NCBI RefSeq assembly: GCF_032191835.1
Contig: NC_083229.1
Coordinates: 35,960,001 to 36,024,000 of the forward strand
Source: Heteronotia binoei
Taxonomy: Eukaryota
DNA: 64,000 nucleotides
Direction of reading: 5' to 3'
Positions within the stretch are counted from its first letter, which is position 1, and each line of letters begins with the position of its first letter. The notes beneath the pieces are model-generated. The model was not told where the DNA came from. It worked only from the letters and a program-made list of their open reading frames with translations, and ran no database searches. Shown piece by piece: positions 35,967 through 48,140 of this stretch. The translations under genes were made by a program, and so were the position numbers.

Positions 35967-37401
35967 CTACAGTATTATGATTAAAGGGGGAAAACCCAAG
36001 AAAAGTTCAGTCTATAAATAATATCAAATTTATTTCCAACTTCAAGATTTAAATATTGTGAAATTGCTATGATTACACCACTATAGGCTTTATACAATCA
36101 CAGAAATTAAGATTGTTAGGGCATCAGGCCACTTCTCACATCTTTCTGAATAACAAACAGAGTAGCTCTAAACAGATACTCCCTTCTAAATCAATTGAAG
36201 TCAATGGGTTTAGAGGACACTAACTCCATCTGGAATTAGTATGTTAGTTCTGAATTTTTTAGTACACCAAAAACCAATGTTAATATATCATTTATGGAGC
36301 AGAACAGACATAATTATTTGTACTTGAAGAGAGATACATTTGTAAGGTCTAACATGATCATTTTCGTGTTAAAAGTAATGGTTGACTTTAAACTTAGCCC
36401 GACTGTGCTTTCCTAAACAGAGTTACACCATTCTAAGCCCATTAAAGTCAATGGCCTTAAAAGGGTGTAGCTCTGCTTAGGATGGCCCTGTGAAACAGGA
36501 TCTTCTGTTAGAGACTGTGACAGAAATGTGGTCAGGAACACTTTTCGTGAAGGCATGCTTACTTGGAAAGATGTCCCATCAGTTTTAGAAGAATTTGTTT
36601 TCAGCTATAGGAAACTAAATTCACAATCTGATATCAATTTAATTGTAAACAATATTTCATTTATATAGCATTTACACAGAAATACAGCTATATCTGATTG
36701 TTCAATATTTATCACACACTGTAACATACCACCAATAAAACTAACATGTCAGAACTGGGGAAAAACTAAGTCATTTTTGGTTTTGTGTAATCATAGCATC
36801 TTTTCACATTTGTATACCAGTTCCATGCCCTCACACATGCAAAGTTAGCATGCAAAAAAAAAAATCTCCCTCATTAGATCTAACATCACTAAAACAAACA
36901 ATGACAATAAACACCCAAAGCAGATGTCAAAGACAATATTACCCCAAAATGCACAAAAAGAACATGGCAACGAAACAAATGAACAAACGTGGCAATTAAG
37001 GGAAAAAAGAAAAACAATATTTCTGTGTAAACAGATGTAATTTCTCTCCCCTTTTCAACCTGAAAATTACACTATTTAATTTAATTCCAATCCAGTAATA
37101 TTATAGAATTAATCAGATATGCCAATTCAGAAATTATCTCATTGTTTAACCATTTTATGGGTTAAAGTGACATCACCAAATGTTATGCTTCTTTTTAGCA
37201 CCTAAATTATGTTTCCTCCTTATGCTTCCAAATGTAAAACAGCAGAGCAACCCAGTGGTTGTGGTTTTGTTTTTCTTTTCTGCACCTTAGGAAATATTAC
37301 ATTACACCTGTCATTTTAGTATTAATCTGTTTTAATGAGTGACAGAGAGAAAACAAAGACCAAATGAGCAGATTAAAATGCAGGCACCACAAAGTCAGTA
37401 C

Positions 37402-37610
37402 CTTTTCAATATGACTATGCTCCTCATTTAGAGTTGTGCTACTACACGTGTCTACCCCAGAATCTTTAATCTGAGGCTCAGACCATTCCAAGTCCTCTTC
37501 CAAAGAGTGGCCACCAAAGCACACCATTTTCTTTTGTCTTTCAGATAAGGTGTTAGAGTCCAACAAAACTGCCTGCTCACTAGTTTTTCTTTTTCCCCTT
37601 TGATTGTCCC
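37402..37610 (-). CDS. RIMS2: RIMS2 coding exon B (209 nt, phase 1 to 0), alternative to exon A; (G)DNQRGKRKTSEQ...FGGHSLEEDLEWSEPQIKDSGVDTCSSTTLNEEHSHIEK
   Basis: Long pyrimidine tract then cctgtag|GGGAC...GAAAAG|gtactg; 2+207 nt open frame inside ORF 37297-37680. It matches the recalled RIM2 sequence upstream of the PDZ domain. Confidence 0.92.
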
Positions 37611-37647
37611 CTACAGGTGTGGGATAAAAAGGATACAAAAAAGAAAA

Positions 37648-37653
37648 CATGCA
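37648..37653 (-). promoter_or_regulatory. TGCATG (Rbfox motif) in the 114-nt intron between exons A and B
   Basis: Plus-strand CATGCA; 71 nt downstream of the exon A donor and 38-43 nt upstream of the exon B acceptor. Confidence 0.55.
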
Positions 37654-37724
37654 AAGATGTAAATAAAACAAAGGAACCATGAAATGGTAAAGGAAACTGA
37701 ATGGTAAGGCTCCACATGTCTCAC

Positions 37725-37789
37725 CAAAGACATTGGGGATGCCTCACTGCTATGCCAAGACGTATGGTCCCAGTTGTAATCCATGTCTC
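37725..37789 (-). CDS. RIMS2: RIMS2 coding exon A (65 nt, phase 1 to 0), first of a mutually exclusive pair; (G)DMDYNWDHTSWHSSEASPMSL
   Basis: Minus strand reads ttgtctgtctgattctcacag|GAGACATGG...ATGTCTTTG|gtgaga and the frame is open. The peptide matches the recalled RIM2 segment preceding HPVTWQ. Confidence 0.9.
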
Positions 37790-39749
37790 CTGTGAGAATC
37801 AGACAGACAAGATAGTGCAGTAAAGGTGAAAGAAAGGAAAGACAAAGATATTATAGACTTTGCATTTTTGATCATCCTATCTTTATATGTTTTGATTCAC
37901 TTAAATGTTTTCTAGAAAATGTGGAAATTCTGATGAATGAAGGATATGACAAGTAAGTGCATGTATGTAGTCAGGATAGAAGTTATGATAGGTATTTTGT
38001 TCTTCACTTTGTGTACAGAACATCACAAAAAAGGAATGAGAATATGGACTACAGGGTTAGAATGTTAGAAATGTTATGAACAAGGAGGGAAATTGAGGCT
38101 GAGTTCCTAAAACATTTCCTTGTGTTCCACTTAATTAAACAGTGCTTATTTCAAGGAAGTGCCTACTATCATGGGATAAACTTGTATTCTTAGATTAATC
38201 ATCTGGAAACATTCTAATCACTAGATTACAGAAAGTCAGATGAAGAAGGCTGTTGCTTATAAAGGTTCATGCCAGATTAAGGAGGTACAACTATACATGT
38301 TTATTTTCTCAGTGTTATCTAAAAATTTAAAAATAGCAACACTTCTGGAAACTATATCATTAATATTACTAATCTATAAAATAGAGGTCTTCTAACAAGT
38401 GACTTTCAGACTATGTTAAAAAAAATGATTACCGAACTTGTTTTCTAACAGCTGTAATAATACATATAAACTACAATAAGCAGGAGTTTAGAAATCTGCA
38501 GAGTTGTGATTATGCCATGTGGAATACAGTTTCTAACCACTGTCAGTTTCACTTAAGCATGTCAGCAATAATACATTAGAAAAAGAGGACAGCTTCAAGT
38601 CAAACCTCTGGTTATCCAAACAAACCTTTTTAAAAAAAAACCTGATAGGCAGTTTTGATTATTTTAAATATTTTTAAAATAAATATATTTATTTTAAATA
38701 TATTTTAAATATATTTTTTTAAACAACAGTTGCACTACAGAAGGGATTCCAGGCTTCATCATACAGCCCTCATTCTGTTGTTCTCTCCTACTCAAACAAA
38801 ATATTTTGTTTGACCCTTGCGTGATATATTTCTATTTATTTTTCCCCTTTCCAAGCAAACTTTGTTTTAGGAACATTTTAATTTTAGTGCAGATATCTAG
38901 ACCCCTTAGCTATAACAATACATCTAAATAATGGTATGCTATATCCTACTATATTGCTAATTTTTTTCAAAATGTTGACATACCTGTTAAAAACTGATAG
39001 ACTGTTAAGAAAGAGTACAAAATAGTCCTAGAATTAAACTCTGTAATATGCACCATCATTTTACATACTAAATTATAAAAAAATAACATTCTGCTTTTAA
39101 CAAAGAGAAATCTTTAAGAATAATTGTTTGGATCCTAAGCAGTGTAAACAGTCACTAGAGGAAGGCAACTTGCACCCCAAAAGAAGTCTTCGGTGCTCCC
39201 ATGAATCAGTGAACCCCTAGGATTAGTGTTGGGGTACAAAGTGTGATCTCCAATGGAGGGGATGGAATGGCAGCAATTGTTCTCCTTTCTGCCATCTATT
39301 GGTTGGACTTCTGCAATACCAACGTAAAGGCAACTTAGGATCCAAGCCCATGTCCATAATATAAAACTATAATCAACATTTCATTAAGTACAATAACAAT
39401 GAAATACTCTTTCATGTCTTTTCCTCATTTTCCTCTTTCTTCCTCACCACTTCTCTCTTTATACACAAACACTAAACTTTAATAAGGAAGCAAAAAGAAC
39501 AACTATACAAGCCTAACAAAAAATTTGGTAGGGTATGACATTTTGTGAGTCACTGCTCAGTCCCATGAAAGCTCATACCCTACCAAAATTTTTCTTAGTC
39601 ATTAAGTTGCTACTGGACTCTTACTCTTTTCTGCTGATACAGACAGACTAATACCATCTTGATCTAACTATATCAGGGAAGGAGAAATTTAAAAAAGAGG
39701 AAGAATGAAATATTCTAAAAGTGTAGGAGTTCAAACAAGGATAAATATT

Positions 39750-41750
39750 ATTGTATTGCCAACTCACTTCTTTTTTTACAAAAGGTTACTGTGAGAGTTC
39801 ACATAAAAGTCAGAGCAGTTTGGAGCTTCTCCAAGTGGGACTGGGGAAGCTCCAGGAGCTAATGCAACAAGCACAGGGTCACCAAGAGGTCAAGACTATT
39901 TGGAGCCCAGCCCTTCTCCAGATGGAACTGGAGAGGATTTAAGGGCTCCTGAACTGAACACAAGGGTCAGCAATCAGGAAGACAAGGAGGGATCCCAGCT
40001 GGTTGTTCAACATCCAGGTACTGAGAGGAGCGGTGCCAGGCCACTCCTCCAGGTCAGACCCTATGCCAGGTGAAAGACTTGTTGGGGCAATTTGTGGGGC
40101 TCATGTCACTTAAGGAATGCAGCATGGGATCCTGTACATGTGATAGAAATAAAATGCTCTTCAGCTGAAACCCCCAGGACTTGTTTTGTCTTATTTGCCA
40201 CAAGTTGGGACTCGTCCAGGATCCATACCAGCTAAGCAAGCTGCTGATGAGCTACTATGTCAGAGCCAGAAGCTGCTGCTACAAACCTACCCCTCCTAAA
40301 CATCACACAGTTAGGGGAATGGCCCAGGGCAAGCTGATACAGTGGGTCGTGGACTAGCAGCAAGCAGCATAGGACCGTTGCGGCAAGAGATTGCCAGCAT
40401 CTAGTCCCACAAACAGGGGGAGCCAGAAGTACAGCCAGGGGGCCCCTTTTGTCTCTCCAAGACAACAGAGACCACTTACCAAGGTACCATCTCCAAGATG
40501 CCTCCCCTGCCAGGCGAGCCACTGGGATGGAAGCCAGCTACAGGAGGAAGTCCTTACATGGACTGTAATTTTTTCCTACCAGTTGACCCAAGTTACACTG
40601 TCACTTAGACCCTCCACTGATGGTGCCAGTTGAGGTTTTTGGAAAACAGGTTTGAGCAGTGGTTGATACCAGGAGTGCTCTCAGAATAATTAGGCTGGAG
40701 CTGGTTCCCCCAGAGGTTCCCTGTGGTCCATCCCAGGCAGCCCACTATATCCATGGGGCATTGGAGAAATGGTCCACCATATGTAGCTGCATCCAGGTGG
40801 GACACTACCAGGCCAAGTTGCTCCTAGCCTTGGTGGCTAAGCTGCCCATGCCAGTGCTGCTGGGGTGGGACATGTGTAGGACCATATAGCTGAAATGGTG
40901 TCTGCTTGCTACTGTAACCCCTAAAGGCGTGGGATTATCACAAGTCCAGACCCTGTAATGTCTGGAAAGATAGACGCTCTCACATCAGTCACATTGAGAC
41001 AAGATATTTCGGGAACTTGTTAAGCTACTGTAGATTTTTCGCACGCTAAGCAGAATATTTTACATGCTTCCTGTGAGAATCTTTGTGTTGCTATGTCTTA
41101 AGCTGAGATATTTTCGGATACCTGAACCCTATATAATAAAGGCCGCTTGCTTTGCAAGTTAAGTATTTTCTCCTCAACACGCATGTTGTGTGGTTCATTC
41201 CAACAGACATGCCCTACTGGCAGCTGGTGGTAATTGGGGCAGTTTCATTGCTGGGCATTTGATCTCCCATCATCCCTAACAGAGACCCTCGCCACTCACC
41301 AGGATGGACAAAATGCTGCCAAAGACTTCAAGGATGGAGCAGCCACCATTCCAGGACCAGAGATACATCCAGGAAACTGGGCACATGACTGTAACTTTTG
41401 CCACTGGGTGGAGGCGGACACAACACTCAAACTGGTAAGGTGCAGCTCACAGTGGACAAGGGTCAAGTCCTAGACCTGAGGAGGACTCAGAGACTTCCCC
41501 AGTTTGAGAAGGATGGCTTTTATTGGAGAGTGACTAAAGGGTGGGACGCCTCGGCTGAGACACAACAGCTAGTCCTGCCCCCAAAAGTCCAGTTGCTTGT
41601 CCTGGCGCAAGCCCACGATGGGGATTGGGCTGGTCACCTTGTGAGTGCCAAGATGTCAAAGAAGGTGTTGGCCAAGTTTTTGGCCAACCGTGGCCACAGA
41701 TGGTGCGGCCTACTGTAAATCCTGCCCTCGTTGCCCTGAATCCACGGGTT
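39750..41750 (+). mobile_element. Degraded Gypsy element (gag, protease, integrase zinc-binding region)
   Basis: Protease-like VDTRSALRIIR...LPMPVLLGWD at 40659-40889; integrase-like QLVLP...AHD...GHL...F at 41398-41718. Confidence 0.7.
40954..41205 (+). mobile_element. Probable solo LTR inserted into the Gypsy remnant
   Basis: TGTAA...CCAACA ends, TATA-like ctatataa and AATAAA near 41130, composition differs from the flanks; TSD imperfect (gaccc/gacat). Confidence 0.5.
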
Positions 41751-43763
41751 CCACCCCCAGCTGCAACCTCTCCCCCTCATAGCTGAGCCCTTTAGCCATG
41801 GAGGCATGGATTTGTGGTGCCATTGCCGCAGACCGCGAAAAGAAAGTTTATGCCCAGAATAAAACTTTGTTGGTCTTAAAGGCACTGGACTGAAACTTTG
41901 TTTTACTGCTTTAGGTCAATATGAAGACCCACTTGAGTCCAAGCTGCTGTTTCACTAGGTTGTAATCCATTCTGAATTTTAATTTGTATAAAATAGGCAT
42001 AATATTAAGTCCAATGAGGGTTGTGAAATTTTACAAAGAAATATTATAACAGTCCTGGAAAATTTATAATTAGTTTAATTCCTCCCCCCCCCCCTTCATC
42101 CCCATACCATTCCCTCTAATTGACTCTGGACAACAGGGAAAACCAGAAGACAATGGTAATACTCTGGCATAAACATTTTTAACTGTACACTGGATTATAG
42201 GTATTATATGGACTAAAAGCAGTATGGCTCCTTTCCATCCAAGTTTATGAGTATTTACAGTGCCTTAAATCTGCAGACCAAATGTATTGCAATCTACAAT
42301 GAAATATGATTCAGAGATTTATAGATAAAGCTATAAAAAAGTGATACTGAATAATAAAATGCAACTGTTTCCTTAGGCTCACAGAAGGAAAAACAAAGGG
42401 CTGTTGTATTTTGAACAAAAGGTATCAATAAGCACTTCCAAGGAAAAGTTAATATATAGACCTGTTTTAGGTAACACAAAAGACAACCATATGAAGATTA
42501 CTGGACACAAATAAAACACCTCATAAAAATGTCTACTGAAGCAGTTTTAATATCATAATGATTTGTTGCATTATTATATGGTTTTAATTTGTAAGTTTTT
42601 AACTTTTTAACCTATGTTGTTATCTGCCCTGAACCTATCCACGGGAAAGGGCGGAATATAAGCTAACAAAAATGAATGAATAAGCAGAACACCTTCCTTC
42701 ACCTTATGATGAAAGCATAGCCACAGTGCAAGTGGTTGTGTAATGATTCAATAGCATGAATCCTTAATGATAGAGCCAGTGTAATGTTTCCTATTTTCAC
42801 TGTAATATAAAAGATCCTCTTTACGGATAGAACATTAAAACTGATGAAATGTTATTTTCATTACAGGACAGAAAAACCAACGAGACAAAAATGATCTTTC
42901 TGCTTACATGACTATACTAATTATTGTATACTGCATATCTTCCAACCATGCCTTGTAAACATATTTGTTTGTACACAGCCGTATAGGAATTTTATGGACC
43001 AGGACTTTCCCACTCCCCTCCTCCTGCAGCAGGACACTGAAATTTCATTCCTAGGAGCCAGTAAACCATCAGGAACAAGATAGGGCAAAATTGCGGTCTA
43101 TGGGGGGAGAAGCAATTGATGGAAAACATCGCTCTTCCACAAATACAAATGCTGCTCCACCAGAGGAACTGCGTATTGGATTAAATTTACTTTGGGCAGC
43201 CTACTATATGTGCATGTATTTATAATAGTGGAGGTTGAGGTTTACCACAGAGTTAGAGGGGATTTCTAGAGCAGTTGGGAGTGCCATGACAATCAGCAAT
43301 GTTTTCCATGCTAGGCCCCATCCCCAAATAGCTTTCAGGGAACATGGGCCTGGAATACCTAACAGTGCATGCATGTGTACTGGGAAACTAGAAGTGTCAT
43401 CACCATCAAATAGCAACATGTGGCCCACAATGATGCTAAACAGAGCATTTTCATTGAAATATTCAAAACGTCTTTTCTGTTTATTCACTGCCAGTTCAGA
43501 TACCATCAGTGTATATTTCATTAGGATTCTTTGTCCCATTTACTTATTTCCCAGTTTTTTCCTCAGTCTCTCAGTTTGGGGAAAGATGTTTTTGAGGGTC
43601 TACACAATTTGCTTTCATCCACACCATACTGAATACTGAATATCTGGAAATTTGGTCTGGAAATTCGGTCACTTCACTATTCACCTTGGTACCAGCTCAA
43701 TTAAGAATATGTTAATTAGCAATGATTCTTACACAGATCCTTGAGGAATTCCATAGTTACTCA

Positions 43764-44591
43764 GAGGCCTCAGATTCAGTGGGAGCTCACAGGAGCACAG
43801 CTCCTGAACCTTTCTAAGAGTTCCACCTCCTCTTTCTGAGATAGGCTTCCCAACCCCCCTGGATTAGCAGCCCAATCCCCCGCTATCTAAAAATCTGATA
43901 GCGGGGGGGGGGGGTGGAACGGAGTCGTGTCTCTTTCCCTGCCTGGCTTCAGGCTTCTCCCTTCCTCCGGCTCACAAAGACCCGCCCACCGCCGGCCTGC
44001 TATTCGCTCCAGTTCGCCTCCCTTCACGAGGTGCATGCTGGGACTTGTAGTCCTTGCATCCTCTCACGTCTGCTGAGCATTATTCTCTATGTGGAGATTG
44101 GTTCTCATAGGGTATAATGGGGAATTGATCTGGAGGTTTCGGGGGCTCTGGGGGAGCTGTTTTTTGAGGTAGAGGCACCAAATTTTCCGTATAGTATCTA
44201 GTGACTCTCCCCAAAGTACCTCCCAAGTTTCAAAACGATTGGACCAGGGGGTCCCATTCTATGAGCCCCAAAAGAAGGTGCCCCTATCCATTATTTTCTA
44301 TGGAAGGAAGACATTTAAAAAGGTGTGCGGTTCCTTTAAATGTGATGGCCAGAACTCCCTTGGAGTTCAATTATGCTTGTCACACCCTTGTTCCTGGCTC
44401 TGCCCCGATGTCTCCTGGCTCCACCCCCAAAGTCTCCTGGCTCCACCCCCAAAGTCCCCAGATATTTCTTGAATTGGACTTGGCAACCCTATTCTGAGAG
44501 CTCCACCTCCTTGTCCATTGAATAGTATGTGCAGCTGCATAACAATCCCCGGATGAGTTCCACCACCTATTTTTCTTCAAAATGACCCCTG
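43764..44591 (+). mobile_element. hAT MITE (outer, about 170 bp net) containing a second hAT MITE
   Basis: 8-bp TSD gttactca at 43756-43763 and 44592-44599; the ends match the 17648-17806 element. Confidence 0.88.
43842..44491 (+). mobile_element. 650-bp hAT MITE (inner) with TAGG..CCCA/TGGCAACCCTA termini
   Basis: 8-bp TSD ttctgaga at 43834-43841 and 44492-44499; the internal segment is related to 3890-4330. Confidence 0.88.
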
Positions 44592-44599
44592 GTTACTCA

Positions 44600-46400
44600 T
44601 ATTCACAATTTTGCACAATGCCAGCTAGGTAGGGTCTGGATCATCTCTCAACTACCAGCTTCAGGAACCATTTGAAGAAACATCAACAGAAAGTGCTTTT
44701 CCAGGGGGAGAGAAAGACTGGTGAGGAGGCTGTGCACTTGCCAGCCAAAAAAGAGGGTAGTTGTTCTGCTATCACCAAATGTGTTCTGCCCTCTAGGTAT
44801 CCTGTAGGAAAGAGATGCCAAGCAATCTCTGATGGAGGTTGGTGAGGTTGGCACTAGGTTGCTAAGAGTGGGCAGGAAAAAGTGAGATGATCATTCTAGA
44901 CAGTCAGCCCTTTTCCATTGTAGAAGATGTTGGCTTCCACAAGCTGCTCCAGAATGCATACTCTGATACATGGTCTCTGCTTGCACCACACTGAGCAGAA
45001 CCATAGGGTGTTCCTTCTATAGGGCTGACAGGGACTATGTGAAGGCACAGTTGTCCCCTGCTTTGAGAACAATTGTGCACTTCATCTCCGATGTCTGGGT
45101 ATCTATTGCTGCAGCATGGGTATCTACTGCTGCAGGAACACTGGTGACAACCCTGATGATGTTGTGGGTGGAGATGGGACAACCAATGTTCAGCAGGCTG
45201 AGATGGTGGGCCACTAGGACAGCTATTGCCAAGCTTTCCTTCATGTCAAAGTTCTTGACAAGGCAAACAGCAGACATTTCTGCCACATTCAGTGGAGGAA
45301 GTAGGCAGAGACATCTTCATGGTGACTGATGGCAGTGTTAATACTGGGTGGAAGCACAGGCTGTGGGCCCGAGGTTCATGTAATGCATGGCCAATCTTTA
45401 CCTTGTGGTGAAAGATGTCTTGCATTTGAGTTTTGCAGAGAATCCCAAACTGTACACTGTGACTTGTGATTTCCAGTATCTGCTACAGAACTGCTGGAAT
45501 GTCATAGGTCACTTCTCACACAGTGTGAAGGCTACCCATCTGCTGTTTGAGAAGCAGGCACTGATAGTCATGCCAGAGCACCATCCAATCAGCTATGTAA
45601 GTGCTCACTAGATCTCCACCTGTGCCATGCTTGACTGTTTGATGGAAAATAAGAGTGCCCAAACTAAGCTGATCTCAGAAACTGATGTTGTGAGAAAGTT
45701 CAATAATGAGAATTGGTTCACTATCTCCCAGATGGTAGAAGCCCTTAAACCTTTCAAAGAGCTCACAAAAGTGCTCTCATCTGACATGGCAAGCTTGAGT
45801 ATTGTCATTCCCTTGATCCAAAGGCTACAGGGAAAGATGGTCTCATTTCTGGACCCAGAAGCATTAAGTCCACTCACTGAGCAGCTACAAGTGGGCATCA
45901 GCCATTCACTGACCAGAAGGTCTACATGTGAGCAATCATGTACGTCCCAAGCATCAAGGGCAGCCCTGTTGAATAGGCCAGCCAGTTCATTCACTGGAGT
46001 GATGAGCTTTCTTGGCAGATGGTCATATCAGGCCAAGAGGGGCACTCTGCCAGCAGAGGACGAGGAAAGCAAAAGAAATTCTGCTGCTGTTCCCCCTGCC
46101 TCGCCTTCTGGGCAAGCTCCCTCCCATGACCATTCTCAAGATGTCCATGGAGATGGAGGCCATTGGGGAAGCAGCCCCTCTGAAATGTGAGGCACACAAG
46201 TCAGGCTTCTGTAGTAAGGGAATGGTAAGGGAATATAAATTGCAGCCTGCCAATGCACTGAGCTACTGGAGCAGGAGAGAGGCCAGACCTCTCTCTTATG
46301 GCTCAGAGAAGCCACTTCTGCCCTCCAACAAGTGTGCTCATGTCTGCTTCCCTGGGGAGTTGAGTATTTGGTCTTTCTGAAGGTCAGCTTGCCACTCCTC
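44600..46400 (+). pseudogene. hAT transposase fossil (ZBED1/ZBED4-like)
   Basis: STTSFRNHLKKH (BED end), MIILDSQPFSIVEDVGF, VHFISDVW, W..ISQMVEALKPFKELTKVLS...SLSIVIPL, and a YW..R C-terminal dimerisation-like segment; many stops and frameshifts. Confidence 0.85.
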
Positions 46401-47344
46401 AACTACCAGCTCTGGACTTTGAGGATGATTGAAGTGAATCTGTATCCTATCTCAATAATTGTTGGGAAACTGGGGTGAGGGGGGGGGGGACTCTTCCAGA
46501 ACTTAAAACTTTACAGGCAGAAGTAGAAAGAAAGTAGGGAAGTTACCCAATTTGATATGAATCCTGTATCCCAAATTGTGTTTTTTAAAAACCTACACCA
46601 AAACCCCTCAGTTGAACCCTAATAGCTGTGTGGCAAAGGGGGATGTTAGTGAGGCTCAACTGCAGTACCTCAGCACAATCCTCTGCAGAAAATAATACAG
46701 CACCAATAACGTTCATCTTGTTGGACCAAGAAGCTTGGACTTTGAGGGAAGATTCATTAGAACCAGGCCTGACTAGAATTGCCAGGTACAGATTGGGAAA
46801 TTCCAAAGTATTTTGTGGTGAAGTAAGGAGTGCAGGGTTTGGGGAGTGGAGAGGTCTCAGCATGGTATAATGCCACTGAATCCATTCTACAAAGCAGCTA
46901 TTTTTTCTAGAGGGACAGATCTCTGTTTTGTGCAGTTCAGTTATTATTCCAGGGAATCTCCGGGTCCCACCTGTATACTGGAACTCTAGGCCTAACAACA
47001 CTCCCTGGGTGACATGGTTTCACCTGACCTGCATGACTCAACTAAAGAGACTGCCAATGCAGTTTACCAATGTGTTGCACTGGGGTGGGGGGGTCAACTC
47101 TGTGGCATTACACTATGCTGAGGTCTCTCCCTCCCCAAACCCTGCATTCCTCAAACTTCACCACAAAAGTTCCTGGAATTTCCCCACTTGTACCTGGCAA
47201 CCCTAGGCCTGGCCCTAATGAATCCTGCTTCAAAGGTCAAAGTAGGCCTAAAAAGGATGCTGCCATGCCCCTGCCTTTTCACTCACAAAACCCCAGCCTG
47301 AAATTCTGTGGTTGTCAAGCAACAGTCATTGAGGGGATCTGTGT

Positions 47345-48140
47345 TTTATTTATTTATTTTATTGAATTCATATTCCACCCTCCCCTATAAATGAGCTCAG
47401 GGCAGATTACAACATACAACATTACAAAACTTAAGACATTAAAAAATCAATAAAAACAATATATTAAAACAAATAGAAACCTCCTGGTTCAAAGCAGGAG
47501 ACAGAAGGGTATAAGGTTAGAACAATTTCCAGCCGGCCACTAATTAATGATGTCATAGTTCAAGTGGGCCTTTTCAAGGGAGGCCAATTCAGTTTCGCTT
47601 GGTTTAATGTGGATGCCCGCTGCCTCACTCAAGGCCTGGTGGAACAGCTCTATCTTGCAGGCCCTGTGAAAAAGTAGAAGATCTGGCAGGGCCCTAATCT
47701 CTAATGGGAGCATGTTCCACCAGGCTGGGATCAGAGCAGAAAAAGCCTTGGCCCTAGTCAAGGCCAGACGGATATCTTTAAGGCTGGGGACAACCAGGAG
47801 ATATTGGTTTTCTGAGCATAAAGCCTTTTAGGGCACATACAGGGAGAGGCAGACCCTCAAATATGTTGGCCTCAAGCTTCAAAAGGCTTTGAAGGTCAAT
47901 ACCAGTATCTTGAATGAATTTGGTACTCAGTGTAAATGGAACTGGCTGAATACCCACCAGTACAGGCAGTGCCGTCAGCAGGTGTGCCAGTGCATTTTGC
48001 ATCAGCTGGAATTTCCAGATTAGCCCCAAGGGCAAGCCCACATAGAGCGAGTTACAGTAATCCAGTCTGGAAGTGACCATTGCACTATAGCTACGTCCTG
48101 AGGTGAGAGGTAGGGTGCCAACTGCCTGATCTGCTGAAGA
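47345..48140 (-). mobile_element. Old L2, 3' part; continues at 51340-51920 and 52480-52830
   Basis: LQQIRQLAPYL, VTSRLDYCNSLY, RAKAFSAL..WWN; 3' stem-loop near 47370-47410; interrupted by a younger L2. Confidence 0.8.

Noticed and set aside
37297-37680. 127-aa single-exon gene
   Set aside because: Only 37402-37610 is exon; the ends are the intronic pyrimidine tract and post-donor sequence.
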